NCBI RefSeq assembly: GCF_006345805.1
Contig: NC_043004.1
Location: forward strand, 67,952,001 to 68,016,000
DNA length: 64,000 nt
Direction: 5' to 3'
DNA from: Octopus sinensis
Taxonomy: Eukaryota
Shown here piece by piece: positions 29,673 through 43,488 of this stretch (its first letter is position 1; every line of letters begins with the position of its first letter). The translations under genes and the position numbers were made by a program. Below the pieces are notes generated by a model. The model did not search any database. It was not told the DNA's origin and worked only from the letters and a program-made list of their open reading frames with translations.

Positions 29673-29874
29673 TAAATCGATATCATCGACCTCAGCACTC
29701 AACTAGTACTTATCGATAGCCAAAATGATGAAATGCAATTCGAACTCGGAATGCAAACACGGACGAAACGCCGCTAACGATTCTGCCAACTCCCCGCCTT
29801 AAAATAAAATGTTTTGCTCAAGAACATAACACACAGCCTGGTCCAAGAATCGAACTCACATTCTCACGTGTGAG

Positions 29875-30195
29875 ATCCAAACTTTGACTTTCATCCTTTC
29901 GGGGTCGATAAATTAAGTACCAGTTACCCACTGGTGTCGATATAATCGACTTTATCCATTTGTCTGTCCTTTTTTGTCCCCTCTGTGTTTAGCCCCTTGT
30001 GGGTAGTAAAGAAATAGGTATTTCGTCAGCCGTTACGTTCAAAATTCCGCGGAGGTCGACTTTGCCTGTCATCCCTTCGGCTCGATTAAATAAGTCCCAG
30101 TTATGCACTGGGGTCAATGTAATCGACTTAATCCCTTTGTCTGTCCTTCTTTGTTTTTTCTATGTTTAGCCCCTTGTGAGCAATAAAGAAATAAA
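29875..30195 (+). mobile_element. Head-to-tail dimer of a SINE with a GCCTTTCATCCTTTCGGGGTCGATAAA core
   Basis: Two ~170 bp units, each ending TTTAGCCCCTTGTG..AAAGAAATA. Confidence 0.8.
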
Positions 30196-31076
30196 TGACT
30201 TGCTTTCTCCGTTCCTGAATTTATATCGATGGAGAGGTGTGAATCTATACTTTTGCGGAGGGCTGTATACCGAAGAACAGCGCAGTTCTAATGGCTTTGG
30301 CGCTCAGAATTATCAAACCATGGAATAAACTATCCACATGAGTTGTTATATGTCAATATACTATTCCTTCCGTGCTTCTGTACCATTGTATTTCTATAGT
30401 TCTTTCGCTGGATATTTTTTTTATCTTTATATGTTGTATTCTGTGTAGTGTGCAGACACTTCCAGTTACTATTACTGTATTACATTACATGCTGCCATCT
30501 TCTCTCTCTTTTACTCTCCTACGACGGTTTTAGTGTAGCTGTGCCATGTATACAATAAACTCATTATTGTTTTTATTATGGCAGAATAAAATGCAGACAA
30601 AATTATCAGTCGGATACGAATCTAGATAAATGATCTGCCTAATAAAAACCTGGTATTAGCACGGTTTTGGTTTCATTAGTAATTAAGGTTCCATTACTGA
30701 TATTCAATGATGTTTAATTAGACGAAGTTTTCGATACTTTTTAGGTGTTTGAAAAACGAAATACCCCATTCTCATGTGTTTTCTCGGAAGAATATTGCTT
30801 CTGTAAAAGAAATATCATTAACATCGAATCTAAACATAGTCTGTGTTCTCACGGGGCTTGTTGTATGCACTATATAATCATCGATTCAGGTGAAAATGAT
30901 TAATTATTTACATGTTGTTTATCAATGATTCCAGAAAACATTCCTTCTAATTTGACTTACCCATAAGATAAATGTTCCTTTGTGTATTTATTCTAGCCGT
31001 TTTCTTTCTAATCATATTATATGTGTTTCTAAACTTCGCTTTAAACATATACTCCGTGGCCTCTCTCCCTCTCTCT

Positions 31077-31118
<42 letters not shown>

Positions 31119-31381
31119 GAACATAATCAGTATATATTGAAATTTAGTGAACTTCAACTTAATTGACATTAATCTAATGTTTTTAAGTATGGGAAACAAA
31201 ATCAGCATTAAGTTCAAAGTTGGTTAGTTTAGCCGCGAAGAGTTACGATAGCGCTCTTCATATATCCCACCCCGTATAGTTAAAATGAGTTGATATATAT
31301 TTTTTTGTTTTTCCTCTGAAAGTATGCACTCACATCACCTTACTGAACATTGCTCAAATTCATCGTCATTACGTTAAACTA

Positions 31382-32604
31382 TCAGGTTGGTGCAAAATTA
31401 ATGTCCGATTTCTAGAAGAAATATTTAAGAGAGAATTTATCAATTTTTTAACCTCTTTTTATAGTTTTAAGATAACTCTGAGTCTAATTTGTACTGTCTT
31501 CTTTCAGATTATCTAACTTCTGGTTATAATTCCCAGAAAATGTTGTCCCATCTAAAGATCACATAAGAAAGGCTTCACTCTACGAGATTCATAAAGGTAT
31601 TAATGTAAGTGCGGCAGCAAGATTTATTCAGAACACTTATGGAGATGATGCAGTGAATGACAAAAGTTGCAGGAGGTGGTTTTCCCGTTTTCGAAGTGGA
31701 GATTTTATTTTGAATGAAGACCCAAAAGAGGGTCGTCTAAAAAAAACTTGATTTCGAAATGTTGGAAGTTCTTGTTTCAGAAAACCCTACTGTTACCACT
31801 AGGGAACTTGCAGAATAGTTAAACGACCCATACAACCATGGTACGCCAGCTAAAACACATTGAAACGGTTTCAGTGGCTGGAAAATGGGTTCCTCACTAG
31901 CTGTCTTCAGAGAATCGACAACAGCATTCTGTTTGTTGTCAGTCATTGCTTTCGCGAAAATTTCAAGCAACATTTTTAGACAGGCTTGTTACAGATGATG
32001 AGAAGTGGATTCTTTATCGTAATGTTAAACGCCGCCGGTCTTGGATAAGTCTAGGTGGACGGCCAGTTCAACAACCGAGAGCAGGATTTCATGTTGAGTG
32101 TATGGTAGGATGTTAAAGGATGAACTGTTGGACAACAACCAAACAATTAATGCTAATTTTTACTGTGAGCAACTCCGTCACCTGAAAACAGTTCTGAGCC
32201 AAAAGCGAGCATATTTGGTTAACAGAAAAGGTGTCATCTTACATCACGATAATGCTAGTCCTCACAAAGCTCGACTGACCAAACTCTCTTCGAAGAACTT
32301 GGTTGTGAAATACTACCTCATCCTCCATATTCTCCTGACATTGCTACTTCTGTTTACCATTTGTTACGAGTACTACAGCACCATTTTGATGGACTTAGGT
32401 TAACAACAACAGAAGAGATTTAAAATGAGTTGGATTTATATTTTGGTGCTAAACCTACAGAATTTTACAAGCGAGGCATTTATAAGGTTGCTGAAAGATG
32501 GAAAGAAGTCATTGAAAGCAATGGAGAGTATGTTAATAAATAAATAGTCATTGGCTTATTCATTTTTAACTTAGATGTTTAAATCGGACATTGCACCAAC
32601 CTGA
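31382..32604 (+). mobile_element. Mariner transposon, near full length, with a pseudogenised DD34D-type transposase
   Basis: TIRs TCAGGTTGGTGCAA...TGTCCGATTT at both ends; TA duplication at 31380-81 and 32605-06; transposase remnants from ~31540 (YGDDAV...RRWFSRFRSGDF, VTDDEKWILY, ILHHDNASPH, PHPPYSPDI-like). Confidence 0.93.
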
Positions 32605-32790
32605 TAATATTGATATCGGATATGGGCACATTTCTGGTGGATGGGTGAAATATATAACAACATCAGATTATATATGAAAAGTTTAAGTCGACACTGGCGA
32701 GCATTGAAACCAGGACTGGCACATTCTCATAGCTGTATATATATGACTGAAAAAAAGTAAAAAAATAAAAGAATAAAAAAAATACACAAG

Positions 32791-32828
<38 letters not shown>

Positions 32829-32889
32829 AAACAGTACAACAATTCATTTAGAAGGGGTTATTTCAGTGCTATCTTACTAATTTCCACAA

Positions 32890-32930
<41 letters not shown>

Positions 32931-32937
<7 letters not shown>

Positions 32938-33195
32938 ACCGACCAGACCATCAGATGTCGTTACACATCGCTGGTCAGAATGCGTTCGCATTGTTTTAGC
33001 CTTCGAATGACGTCACCCCGCTGGCTAAGCGACAGTGGTGAAAGAGTACAGCAGGGATCACCTCCTCTGGCGGAGCCTCGTGGTGCTTTTATGTGTTTTC
33101 GCTCAATAAACACACACAACACCCGGTCTGGGAATCGAAACCGCGATCCTCCGACCGCGAGTCTGCTGCCCTAACCACTGGGCCATTGCGCCTCC
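32931..33195 (-). mobile_element. Complete tRNA-Arg-like SINE (OR-type by inference)
   Basis: A-box TGGCCCAGTGG, B-box GGTTTCGATTCCC; (TA)n on both sides. Confidence 0.88.
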
Positions 33196-33253
33196 ATATA
33201 TATATATAGTAAAAAAAAAAGATATATGGATATATATATATAGACAAACACAC

Positions 33254-33323
<70 letters not shown>

Positions 33324-33689
33324 ATATATATAAACACAAGTAAATTCATTCGCCACGTCAAAGTGGCTGTTCCATGTTACTACTATATTTTAACACCAGA
33401 TAGACCTTCCGCCATCTGGTTATCGGTGCGACAAAGCACCCTTTGTATACACTATATATTGCTAGCAGGGGAAACGAACCCCTACCATCCTCCAGCAGAC
33501 AACGGGATCGCGAGACGAACTCGCGTTCGAGCTGCTTGCCTCATCCTCAATCGCGAGGACCCGGCCCCGAGAGCGATAGCCAGAGTCAGCTAACAAACTG
33601 GCGGGAGATCTGATCTTTTCTTGAGATTTTACAACTAGCTAATTAAAAAGAAAAGTTCAACACAACAACACACCTTCCCCGAAAATACT

Positions 33690-34310
33690 ACCTTACATAT
33701 CTACATACAACCCCAGAAACAAAGAAGCCTTCACCATCATCACCCAGAATTTACCAATACTTCATAAAAACCCAAAATTAAAGGAAATTCTAAACATACA
33801 CCAAATCATTAAAAGCTACAAACAGCCTAAATCACTTAAAAAGATTCTCACAAAGGCAAAATTGTCTTCTAAAATTACGGATGCAAAAGTAAAAAAATGT
33901 GGTAGATCGAACTGTGCAACATGTCCTAACCTATTGGAAGGATCAGAATTCCTCTTTAAAGAGGGACAGAAATTTAAGATCAAATCTAACTTTACTTGTG
34001 CCTCTGAAAACATAATTTATGTTATTAAATGCTCGGGCTGCCACCAAGACTACGTGGGTTCCACGGGACTATCACTCAGGCGCAGATGCACACTGCATCG
34101 ACAACAGATTGCATTCCCAGAATATAGAATGATACCTTTTAGTGAGCACATTGAGAAATGCGCAAAGCAACTACTGCCACAATTTTTAATCTTCCATTTT
34201 ACCAATGTGCTTTCGGATCATCAACACAAATGAGACTGAACAAGGAAACATTCTTCATTGAAAAGTACAAACCCAGACTCAACCATCCGAACATACTGAC
34301 ACAGAGAAAT
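33690..34310 (+). mobile_element. Penelope-like element 3' part, GIY-YIG endonuclease
   Basis: LPYISTYNP...CGRSNCATC...NIIYVIKCSGCHQDYVGST...LRRRCTLH...EHI; frameshift before the FFIEKYKPRLN C-terminus; homologous to 27714-28499. Confidence 0.9.
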
Positions 34311-34659
34311 TAACAAGGAAATGCAAAAAAAATTTTTTAAGCGATTATCTCCCCTACACCGGAAAAAATCACTCACTACCTCCCCTTATTTAGAAATCTC
34401 CTGGAAATAAAAACAACGATAATTCCATGCAATATAAACATAACGTCACAAGAAATTTGAAAAGCTACACGCGAAACCGGTAATTTCTTTAAAAAATTTA
34501 AAATTATGTCATTTTAAGGAAAGGAAAAAAATTTTTCCAATATTCTCCAGACATTTTGACACAAATATATATATTTTTTAACATTTAAGCCTTCTGTCGT
34601 TTTTTCACACTTTACTATTTTCTTATATATAATATATATATAATATATATATATATTAA

Positions 34660-34846
34660 GGTATGTAGAAAAATACAACATGGACAAGAACGTATAACTC
34701 ATAGAAGACGATACAATAAACATGGACAGGACATTCGAACCCCTCAGTCTTCAGTCAAGAACCGGATCATCGTAGTAATTTCGGCTGATTAATCTTGAGA
34801 TTACTAGATCACGGCCAGCCCTCCAAGAAAAACTAAGCTGGAAGCG

Positions 34847-34850
<4 letters not shown>
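34660..34850 (-). mobile_element. Probable Penelope-type terminal fragment in opposite orientation
   Basis: Minus strand GGCTG...CAGCCGAAA and CTGAAGA motifs, degenerate. Confidence 0.35.
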
Positions 34851-34892
<42 letters not shown>

Positions 34893-34894
34893 TA

Positions 34895-34939
<45 letters not shown>

Positions 34940-34955
34940 ATATATATATATATGG

Positions 34956-34994
<39 letters not shown>

Positions 34995-34998
34995 ATAT

Positions 34999-35264
34999 GG
35001 AGGCGCAATGGCCCAGTGGTTAGGGCAGCGGACTCGCGGTCGGAGGATCGCGGTTTCGATTCCCAGACCGAGCGTTGTGTGTGTTTATTGAGCGAAAACA
35101 TCTAAAAGCTCCACGAGGCTCCGGGAGGGGGGAGTGATCCCTGCTGTACTCTTTCACCACTCTCCCTTAGCCAGCGGGGTGACGTCATTCGAAGGCTAAA
35201 ACAATGCAAACGCATTGTGACCAGCGATGTGTAACGACATCTGATGATCTGGTCGGTCACTTGA
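34999..35264 (+). mobile_element. Complete tRNA-Arg-like SINE, inverted relative to 32931-33195
   Basis: Over 90% similar by eye to the reverse complement of 32931-33195; (TA)n on both sides. Confidence 0.88.
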
Positions 35265-37602
35265 TATATATATATATATATATATTATTGTGGAAATTAG
35301 TAAGATAGCACCGAAATAACCTCTTCTAAATGAATCGTACTGTTATTTATAAACGTAAAATGTTGTTGGAAAGTGTTTGGTAATTAATCGCAGGAAAATA
35401 CAAAACAAAAACTATTTCAACTAATATAGAATTCTTGGTAGATGGTCAATATCCACATTTTCAAAAAGAAAAGGGAAAAGAAATGAAAAGAAAGAAACAA
35501 GCAAACAATTTGTGTGACCTATTTTAGATTTTCGAAAATGTTAATTGAATATTTAATTTAAAATAAATACAATGACTTATATTAATTAAAATCATCTAAA
35601 AATACATGCCCTGTCTAAATATTCGAATTTATTGGAATTAATCGTAATTAATAAAATAGATTTTTTTTCAATAAATTTTAATTCAAATAATAAATATGCG
35701 TATAAAATTGCTGTGAATATTGTTATTCCTTTGAATGAATTTCTATTTGTTTCACTATTTTCTAGTTTGTGATAATATTTCCCGAGATTTTAATGCGTTA
35801 AACAGTTCAAAGATGTCACTTCTCGATGGTGTTAAACGAGATTTATCAACCGAAATTATGCCCGATACAGCCAATGGTTCAAAGGTTCGAATCCTCTAGA
35901 CAGTAACGTATGTTATCACGATTCAAATCAGATTTTAATAGTCTTTTTCACAAATAAATTGCCTGTTAATTATATTCTGTAATGTTTGTCAAGAAAAAGA
36001 AATTGAAAGGCAATATCGACCTGTTCAGAACAAAAACCATAAAAGGTGGATCTAAGTATCTAAATAAATGGCTGCGTCACGAGAAATGCGATATATATCT
36101 TTTAGAAACCACTTTCAATATAGAATTGGATTCTTTAAATAATGCAGCTTCGTTTTACTGGTTAGTAAACATGTGAGCTGAAAAACAGGGGATATTTTTA
36201 ATTTAGATGCTTTGTAGAGAAATAATCTATATAATTTGAATACACTTTTCAGTAAGGTGCCATTTATTGGAATCTTTAGTATCAGTCTGTTTGAGATATT
36301 ATATAATTTTGTACCAGTGATCGGTCAGCATTTGAGACGCAACCGAACACGAGTTTGAGAATCGGCCACACGTCTTGGTACCGACATATTTTACAGAAAC
36401 AGCAACAATGCAATCTTAGGATGGGTTTGTGATGATCTAAGTTTGCCCAAACGCCAAATGTCTTAGCATCACGGGTGTAGAATTCAGTAACTTAAAAGTG
36501 TAACCTTGTCCCTAGATTGGCCATAGGAGTTGTAGGTAAAGTTTTAAGTCTAGCACCAAAATGAATGAGATCTACACAGAATTTACTCAGTACCCCATTT
36601 TCTCCACAAGGCACCGACCTATTTGCTCAGAATCCCGGACAAGAGCCTATATGAGAATCTGTCGGTCGGTGCGAACAGAGCCCCTTCAATCGAGCCAGGA
36701 AACACCACGCCATGAAGCAGTAACCGACGACACTAACAAGCACTCCATATCAAAATGCTTACAAATTAAGTTATTTTAATCTTAAGTAAGCCTTGGCTGA
36801 GGAGAACTATCAGCGAAATGAACCAGATATGACCACTTAGTGTTTTTTTTTTTATCAGAATAAAAATCTTAAGACAATTATATTTCCTGTTCAAGGAATA
36901 CTTTGCTCTTTCTAGTAAGTGAAACAAGTGGGTAGAACCTGAGCTGTAGGTCTGTTACATGTTTGTACATACATAAATGACATGTGTTAAAAACTACATC
37001 CTGTGGAAGTCTTTCCGCATGCGATTGATTTGCTTGAAAAAGCAGTCAAACCTAAGGAGTTTATATTGGACAATTATAGATAAAGGATATTTAATTCTAG
37101 ATTGTTTTTCTCACTTGTCTGCTCACTCATGATTAATCTAGGCCTCCACATCATCGTTATCAACAACCTGCAGCAAAGCAAGATCCATCTGCGTAGAATT
37201 CACATCATAACGTAGATTGTGTGCTGATGTCGAGTGTATTCCCAATAGAGCCGTGCCTTAATCAAGTCTGACACAATCATGCAAAGAAAGTTTCATTTGA
37301 ATTCACGCATTCCGTCAATTCTCCATGTTTACATTATTGAGGTAAATAAGATTGCAAAATGAGACACATGATGCTCTTTATACATTATTCGGACTGCCTA
37401 ATTCTCCTCATTTTAATATTGCATGGTTTGTGTTTAAAATGAATCATGGAGATTTAAAATATTTAAAGAGACTGCAGACAAGACCTGCCAATGTAAACTC
37501 CTGCTTATCTAAATGATTATACATCTTTGTATTTTGTTTATTCCCGTGTATATGTGCGCGTTTGTGTGTGTTGAGTACGAGTATGCATGCCTCTGTGTGT
37601 GT

Positions 37603-37652
<50 letters not shown>

Positions 37653-38359
37653 TGTGTGCTCATACAAAAGTACATCGTTGTATGTCCACCAGATATTTAC
37701 TTTTTATTATATTGTATGAAAAATAAAAGTTACAAATGTTACAGGTGGAGTTTGAAAAGGTACTCAGAGTTATTGTTAGTAAAACACACTATGTTCTCGC
37801 TCAATCTTCTTTTTGATAAGGCTATTATCAGGACGACCAACGTTAAAATGTATTTACCTAACTTTAATGGGTAGGTACATTCATTATAATGGCAGGAGTA
37901 GCAGTATAATTTAGTACATACATTCAATTTTTATAAAGAATAGCTATTAAGTTTTTTTTCGTAAAGTTAACAATCGATTATAACTGTTCGAGTTTACATT
38001 AAATAGCGTCAGATTTGAAGGAAGTCTCAAAATCTGCTGCGGTTGAAACCAGAATATAAAAAAGCGTTAATAGAATACTTGAGCGAAAATACTCGAAGGT
38101 GTTTGAATGTTTAATATCTTCTTTATTTGTTGCTGTAAATTTAAAAGACCACAGTATAATGATAGTACATATTGAAAATAAATTTACACTAAGTATGAAA
38201 AATAACTTCTCATAAATGTCGACATCACAAAAACGCGCCCTTTCTACGGCATTTTCCATGACAGCCCTTAATGTTTCATGTTCCAGTACTCTGATTTCAA
38301 CAGGAATATTATACTTAAGCTGTTAAATTGCCTGAGGCTGGTTAGTATGATACTTTTGT

Positions 38360-38770
38360 TTCTTAGAGACAGCCCCCATAGGAGGCAGTCAAGATATGAC
38401 AGATCTGGAGAATGTGATGGCCAGCATATGTCGCAACGCGGGTAATTTTACTTCCCACAGCAATACGCCTGGCCAGTTGGAGTGCGATCGTTGCTTTGTG
38501 AGCTGTGACTCCACTCTGTTGGAACTATGTCTCAGGTTTATCCCGAAACGCTGGGATATCGACCGATATTCATCTCTTGTAACTGTGACAAGGTCCTCTT
38601 CAAAAAAATAAGGTCTGATCACTTCTTCTGACGTAACCCAACAACATACTGTACACTTAAGGAGATGAAATTGCCTTTGGTGAATTCCGAATAGATTTAC
38701 GACGCACATCATGTAATTTTGTTTGTTAATAAGGCCATAGAAATGAAAATGTGCTTCATCTGACATTTTC
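38360..38770 (-). mobile_element. Tc1/mariner-superfamily transposase catalytic-domain remnant
   Basis: SDEAHFH..G.INKQN...CTV...IRPYFFEE..VTV..Y; downstream WPSHSPDL...LWG in another frame. Confidence 0.78.
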
Positions 38771-38965
38771 AGCTTCGGATAAATCCGGGATCTTCTCACA
38801 ATTGCAATCTATGGGCCTTATCTGGTGGCTTTATTGGCTACACCAATTACGAGAAGGTGGTTTTGTTTTACGATTTTGTATGTCTCTTCTACGTTCTCCA
38901 CAGCTCGTAGGCAATTTAGAATATCTAATAGAAAGCTTTCAAACATGTGTATGAAACCAGATGCT

Positions 38966-39027
<62 letters not shown>

Positions 39028-39031
39028 TGTT

Positions 39032-39062
<31 letters not shown>

Positions 39063-39078
<16 letters not shown>

Positions 39079-39295
39079 ATATATATATATATACACATAC
39101 ATACACACACACGTATTATGTATATATACATGCGCAGATACATATATATACTTATATACATGCATGCATATATATATATATATATATATATGCATGCATG
39201 TATATAAGTATATATATGTATCTGCGCATGTATATATACATAAATACGTGTGTGTGTATGTATGTGTATATATATATATACACACACACACATGC
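39063..39295. repeat. Near-perfect palindrome centred on (TA)11
   Basis: Arms are reverse complements apart from small indels; centre 39179/39180. Confidence 0.85.
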
Positions 39296-39376
39296 ACAAA
39301 CACCCACACTCAAAAACGCACACAGACACACACATAGAAACACACGCACGCACACACGCATGTATATATATATCTA

Positions 39377-40340
39377 CAGTATATCAAAGAAGTTTGTACA
39401 CTCCTAAAAAAATCAGTAAAATTGTGATTACTCTGATAATATCGAAGGAAATCAAACGAAATTTATACTGACTGAAATATATCATACATGCAAACGTTAT
39501 ACAAATCTGGTACACAAAACAATTATCATTTTGAAAGATGTGAACGAAATATTACTTTCCAAACGTTACAAAAATATGTACACCCTAAAGGAAATTTGCT
39601 ATATCCAATATTTTATTCACTATTTTTAATTCTGATATTGCTGATATTGCTGATAAATTATTTGTCCTGGTATTTCTGCACTGGTCATTGTGATTGCATC
39701 TGCAGCAATTCTGATTTGTGTAGCGTGGTGAAAACCATCACTGGGGTTTCAAATGGCACCAAAAGGAAAGGAATTGTCTGAAGATTTGAAGAAAATTATT
39801 TTTAATTTGCTCAGGAATGGTTTAGGATACGAATTAATTAGCAAATTAATAAATATTAGCGTAAAAACAGTTGCCAAAAAAGTACAAAGCTACTGGAAGG
39901 CTAAGCAATAAACATCGTCCAGGTCGTCCTATTTTAACTGCGCGTGATATTCGCCTCATCCAACGTTGCATGATAGACGACAGTTGTGGTACCGCTTCAT
40001 CTTCGTCCTCAGAAGTGTCTCCTGTTACTGGAAAGTGTGTATCCAAACAGCTCGCTGAAGTTTGATCCGTTTTGATCTTCAAGGACGCATTCCTCGTAGG
40101 AAGCCTCTCAGACATGAATCAAGCCGTCCTTTTTTGCCGAAACCTATGTGGGTAAGGGGGAGGTGTTTTGGTATAATATATTTTTTCTGACGGTACTAAA
40201 ATCAACTTGTTTGGATCAGATGGTACTAAATGAGTATGGCGACGACCAGGTGGAGATAATAGCGACAAATGCACCTTGCATACCGTGAAACACGGCGGCG
40301 GAAGTATTAAACTTTGGGGATGCATGAAAAGATCGCGCTG
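39377..40340 (+). mobile_element. Tc1 element, left TIR plus 3'-truncated transposase
   Basis: TA|CAGTATATCAAAGAAGTTTGTACACTCCT; MAPKGKELSEDLKK...KYKATG...RPGRP; FSDGTKINLFGSDG...VWRRPG...TVKHGGGSIKLWGC. Confidence 0.85.
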
Positions 40341-40502
40341 CATTACCTCTGAATATCCTTGTCGCTTATTTTGATTCTAATCACCTTAATTTGAAATTGT
40401 ATGGTTAATACCATACTAAATTCTGGTGCCTCAAATTAAGTAGCATATTCATCTGAATCTGTTTATCTCTCTATCTATCTATCTATTTTATATCTATATT
40501 AT

Positions 40503-40537
<35 letters not shown>

Positions 40538-40605
40538 CATATATATATACATAGATATTTATACATATATATATATATATAAAGATATATATATATATAT
40601 ATATA

Positions 40606-40717
40606 TCACGTGACCGACCAGGCTATCAGATGTTGCTAAACATCGCTGGTCACAATACACTTCGCATTGTTTTAGCCTTCAAATGACGCCACCCCGCTGG
40701 CTAAGCGAGCAGGCCAA
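40606..40717 (-). mobile_element. tRNA-Arg-like SINE 3' fragment in (TA)n
   Basis: Matches 14571-14700 and 32931-33030. Confidence 0.8.
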
Positions 40718-40767
40718 TATATATATATACATATATATTTACACACACACAACATATATATATTATA

Positions 40768-40818
<51 letters not shown>

Positions 40819-41105
40819 TATGTATGTATTTATATTGGTATAATGTTTCTCGAAGCGCATGATGAGTAGCTTTACTGTTTTATCAAAATTTGTTTCTTAA
40901 ACAATATTCAAATACAATTATTTATATCTCTATATTATGTACTTCGAGAATCAGTGTTCACAAAAATAGTTCTATACAATTCTTAGGGTGTCATATATAC
41001 ATATATGTGCATGTGTGTGTGTATCCCAACATAAACGTATGTATAAACGTATGTTGTTGTATGCATGGACCAGTAGCAACACCAGTAACGCTAGATGTAG
41101 CAGTA

Positions 41106-41127
41106 TTGGTAGTAGTAGTAGTAGTAT

Positions 41128-41204
<77 letters not shown>

Positions 41205-41207
41205 ATG

Positions 41208-41241
<34 letters not shown>

Positions 41242-41253
41242 CAGTAGTAGTAG
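41106..41253. repeat. (TAG)n microsatellite
   Basis: Direct reading. Confidence 0.98.
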
Positions 41254-41684
41254 TGACATTTACCTTTCGTCGTCTGGCATCCACGAACCAGAAATCTCAT
41301 CGAATTTAAGAACATACCTCATTCTGCGAATGATATAATCGCATTGTGACTAAATTATAGACAGCTACATATCAAATTACACACACACACACAAGAGATC
41401 TGTAGACGTGTAATTCCCTTGGTTGCTTTAACGTGGCAACGAATTAGTTGTCCGATGCGTTGGGACGTGGCAAAAATATTTTAACTCACACAGTGTTTCT
41501 CCTATGAGAGATATACTACGTTTTATTTGTGTTACTTCGAAAACTCAACTAAAATTACGTGTGTGTGTGTTTCTCTGTGTGTTTGTGTGTGCGTGTGTGT
41601 GTGAATGTGCACGTGTGTGTTTGTGCACATACAGGGACTACCAACTTCATATTTTATACATATATATATATATATATATAACTA

Positions 41685-41749
<65 letters not shown>

Positions 41750-41782
41750 TATATATACATACATACATATATACATATATAT

Positions 41783-41820
<38 letters not shown>

Positions 41821-42065
41821 GATAGATAGATAGACAGACATATACATGGGTATGCGTGTTTGCATATATATACATATATATATGTGTATATTATACACAC
41901 TTACATAAACACATAGATAGAAATATGCATATATGCGTCCATGGTCATATATATGTGTGTGTGTGTGTATACATATAGACATACCTATATACATACATAT
42001 ACATGCATGCATGCACACATATATATACATATATATACATGCATACACACACACACACACACACA

Positions 42066-42125
<60 letters not shown>

Positions 42126-43245
42126 CGCGCATGAGCACACATACGAAATAGATTTTTTCCTTCCTGTGCATCCATCTCTGAATTAAGAGTTTATGCCAAC
42201 AGGTCAATTGCAAATATGCCAGATAATGAGAAGTTGTAAGAATACTCACGACTTAAACGTGATAGGAACACTCAAACAAGTGAGAAATACTCCAGCGCAG
42301 TCATTGATTCTCTGTGAATATTCAACATGACATTGAGGAAACAAGATTTCATGTTATATTACATAACAACGACTACGGTTATCAATCTTTTTATCTTCTT
42401 TTATTTTATATACATATTCGTTTTTTTTTCATATATGTATTCTTTGTACTAGTAGCTTTTATTATATTGCGTGCTTATTAGGTTTTATTTTATCTCTGGT
42501 TTGTTTTGCTTTTGCTTTGGTATTTTTTCCCGATTTTCTGGTTTTATTTTCGTTGTTGGCTACAACAGACAGAAATATATTAGGTTTCGTGAGAAGAAAG
42601 AAATTGAAATTGTGTAACAGCTGCCGATATACAAGAGAAGGAATCGTGTACACGACAAATTGAGTGATGAATGCTGAAGAGATATGCATTTGGAATTCCC
42701 AGTATACATATCTTTCAATGGAGAAAGGTTTCTTGTTTATTACAATGTCAATATTTATGCTTTTCCCATCTTGTTTCGCGAACTTGCATTAGAATGTGAT
42801 ATGCTATGCGTTCCCAGTTATAGTTTTATGTTCAAACTAATCAGCTGGCTTGTCTGCATTTATATATCTATAGAAGATGTATTGAAGATGTTATCTAGAC
42901 AAGCTATATTCGTCCTTCCTATATATAGTGCCGTCCTCTGCTGAAATGAAACTGTGTACAGGGGCGGGAAGTGCTTGTTTGCATGTTTGTTTGTGTGTCT
43001 CTGTGTGTGAGGGTGCGTATATATTCTATGGTATATATACAGTCCCTGAAGAACATTCAGTGCCGAAAACATGTTTTGAGTATTTAATGCAGTATATGCT
43101 AATATATGTTTGTGTGTATATATATATATATATTAGAAACCACATTACAGATTGAACACTGCTAATTCAAATGCTATCCAAGTACTTCTACTTTCCTGTA
43201 GCCATCAATAAGCAGTGTCACACGCCACATACCCATATATATATG

Positions 43246-43319
<74 letters not shown>

Positions 43320-43347
43320 TCATATACATATATATACATGCATATGT

Positions 43348-43398
<51 letters not shown>

Positions 43399-43488
43399 TA
43401 GTAGTAGTAGTAGTAGCAGCAGCAGCAGCAGCAGCAACAGCAACAAAAGAAGTAGCAGCAGTAGCAGTCGTAGCAGCAGCAGCGGCAG
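43348..43488. repeat. (TAG)n grading into (CAG)n
   Basis: Direct reading. Confidence 0.95.

Noticed and set aside
34999-35072. tRNA-Arg gene
   Set aside because: It is the tRNA-like head of a SINE: it continues into a shared repeat body and has no proper acceptor stem or terminator
37141-37340. Possible terminal exon (PPHHRYQQPAAKQDPSA*)
   Set aside because: Weak acceptor, no homology recognised, and all frames are short
43027-43060. CTGAAGA...CCGAAAACATGTT hammerhead-like string
   Set aside because: Stem I and stem II pairing are unconvincing
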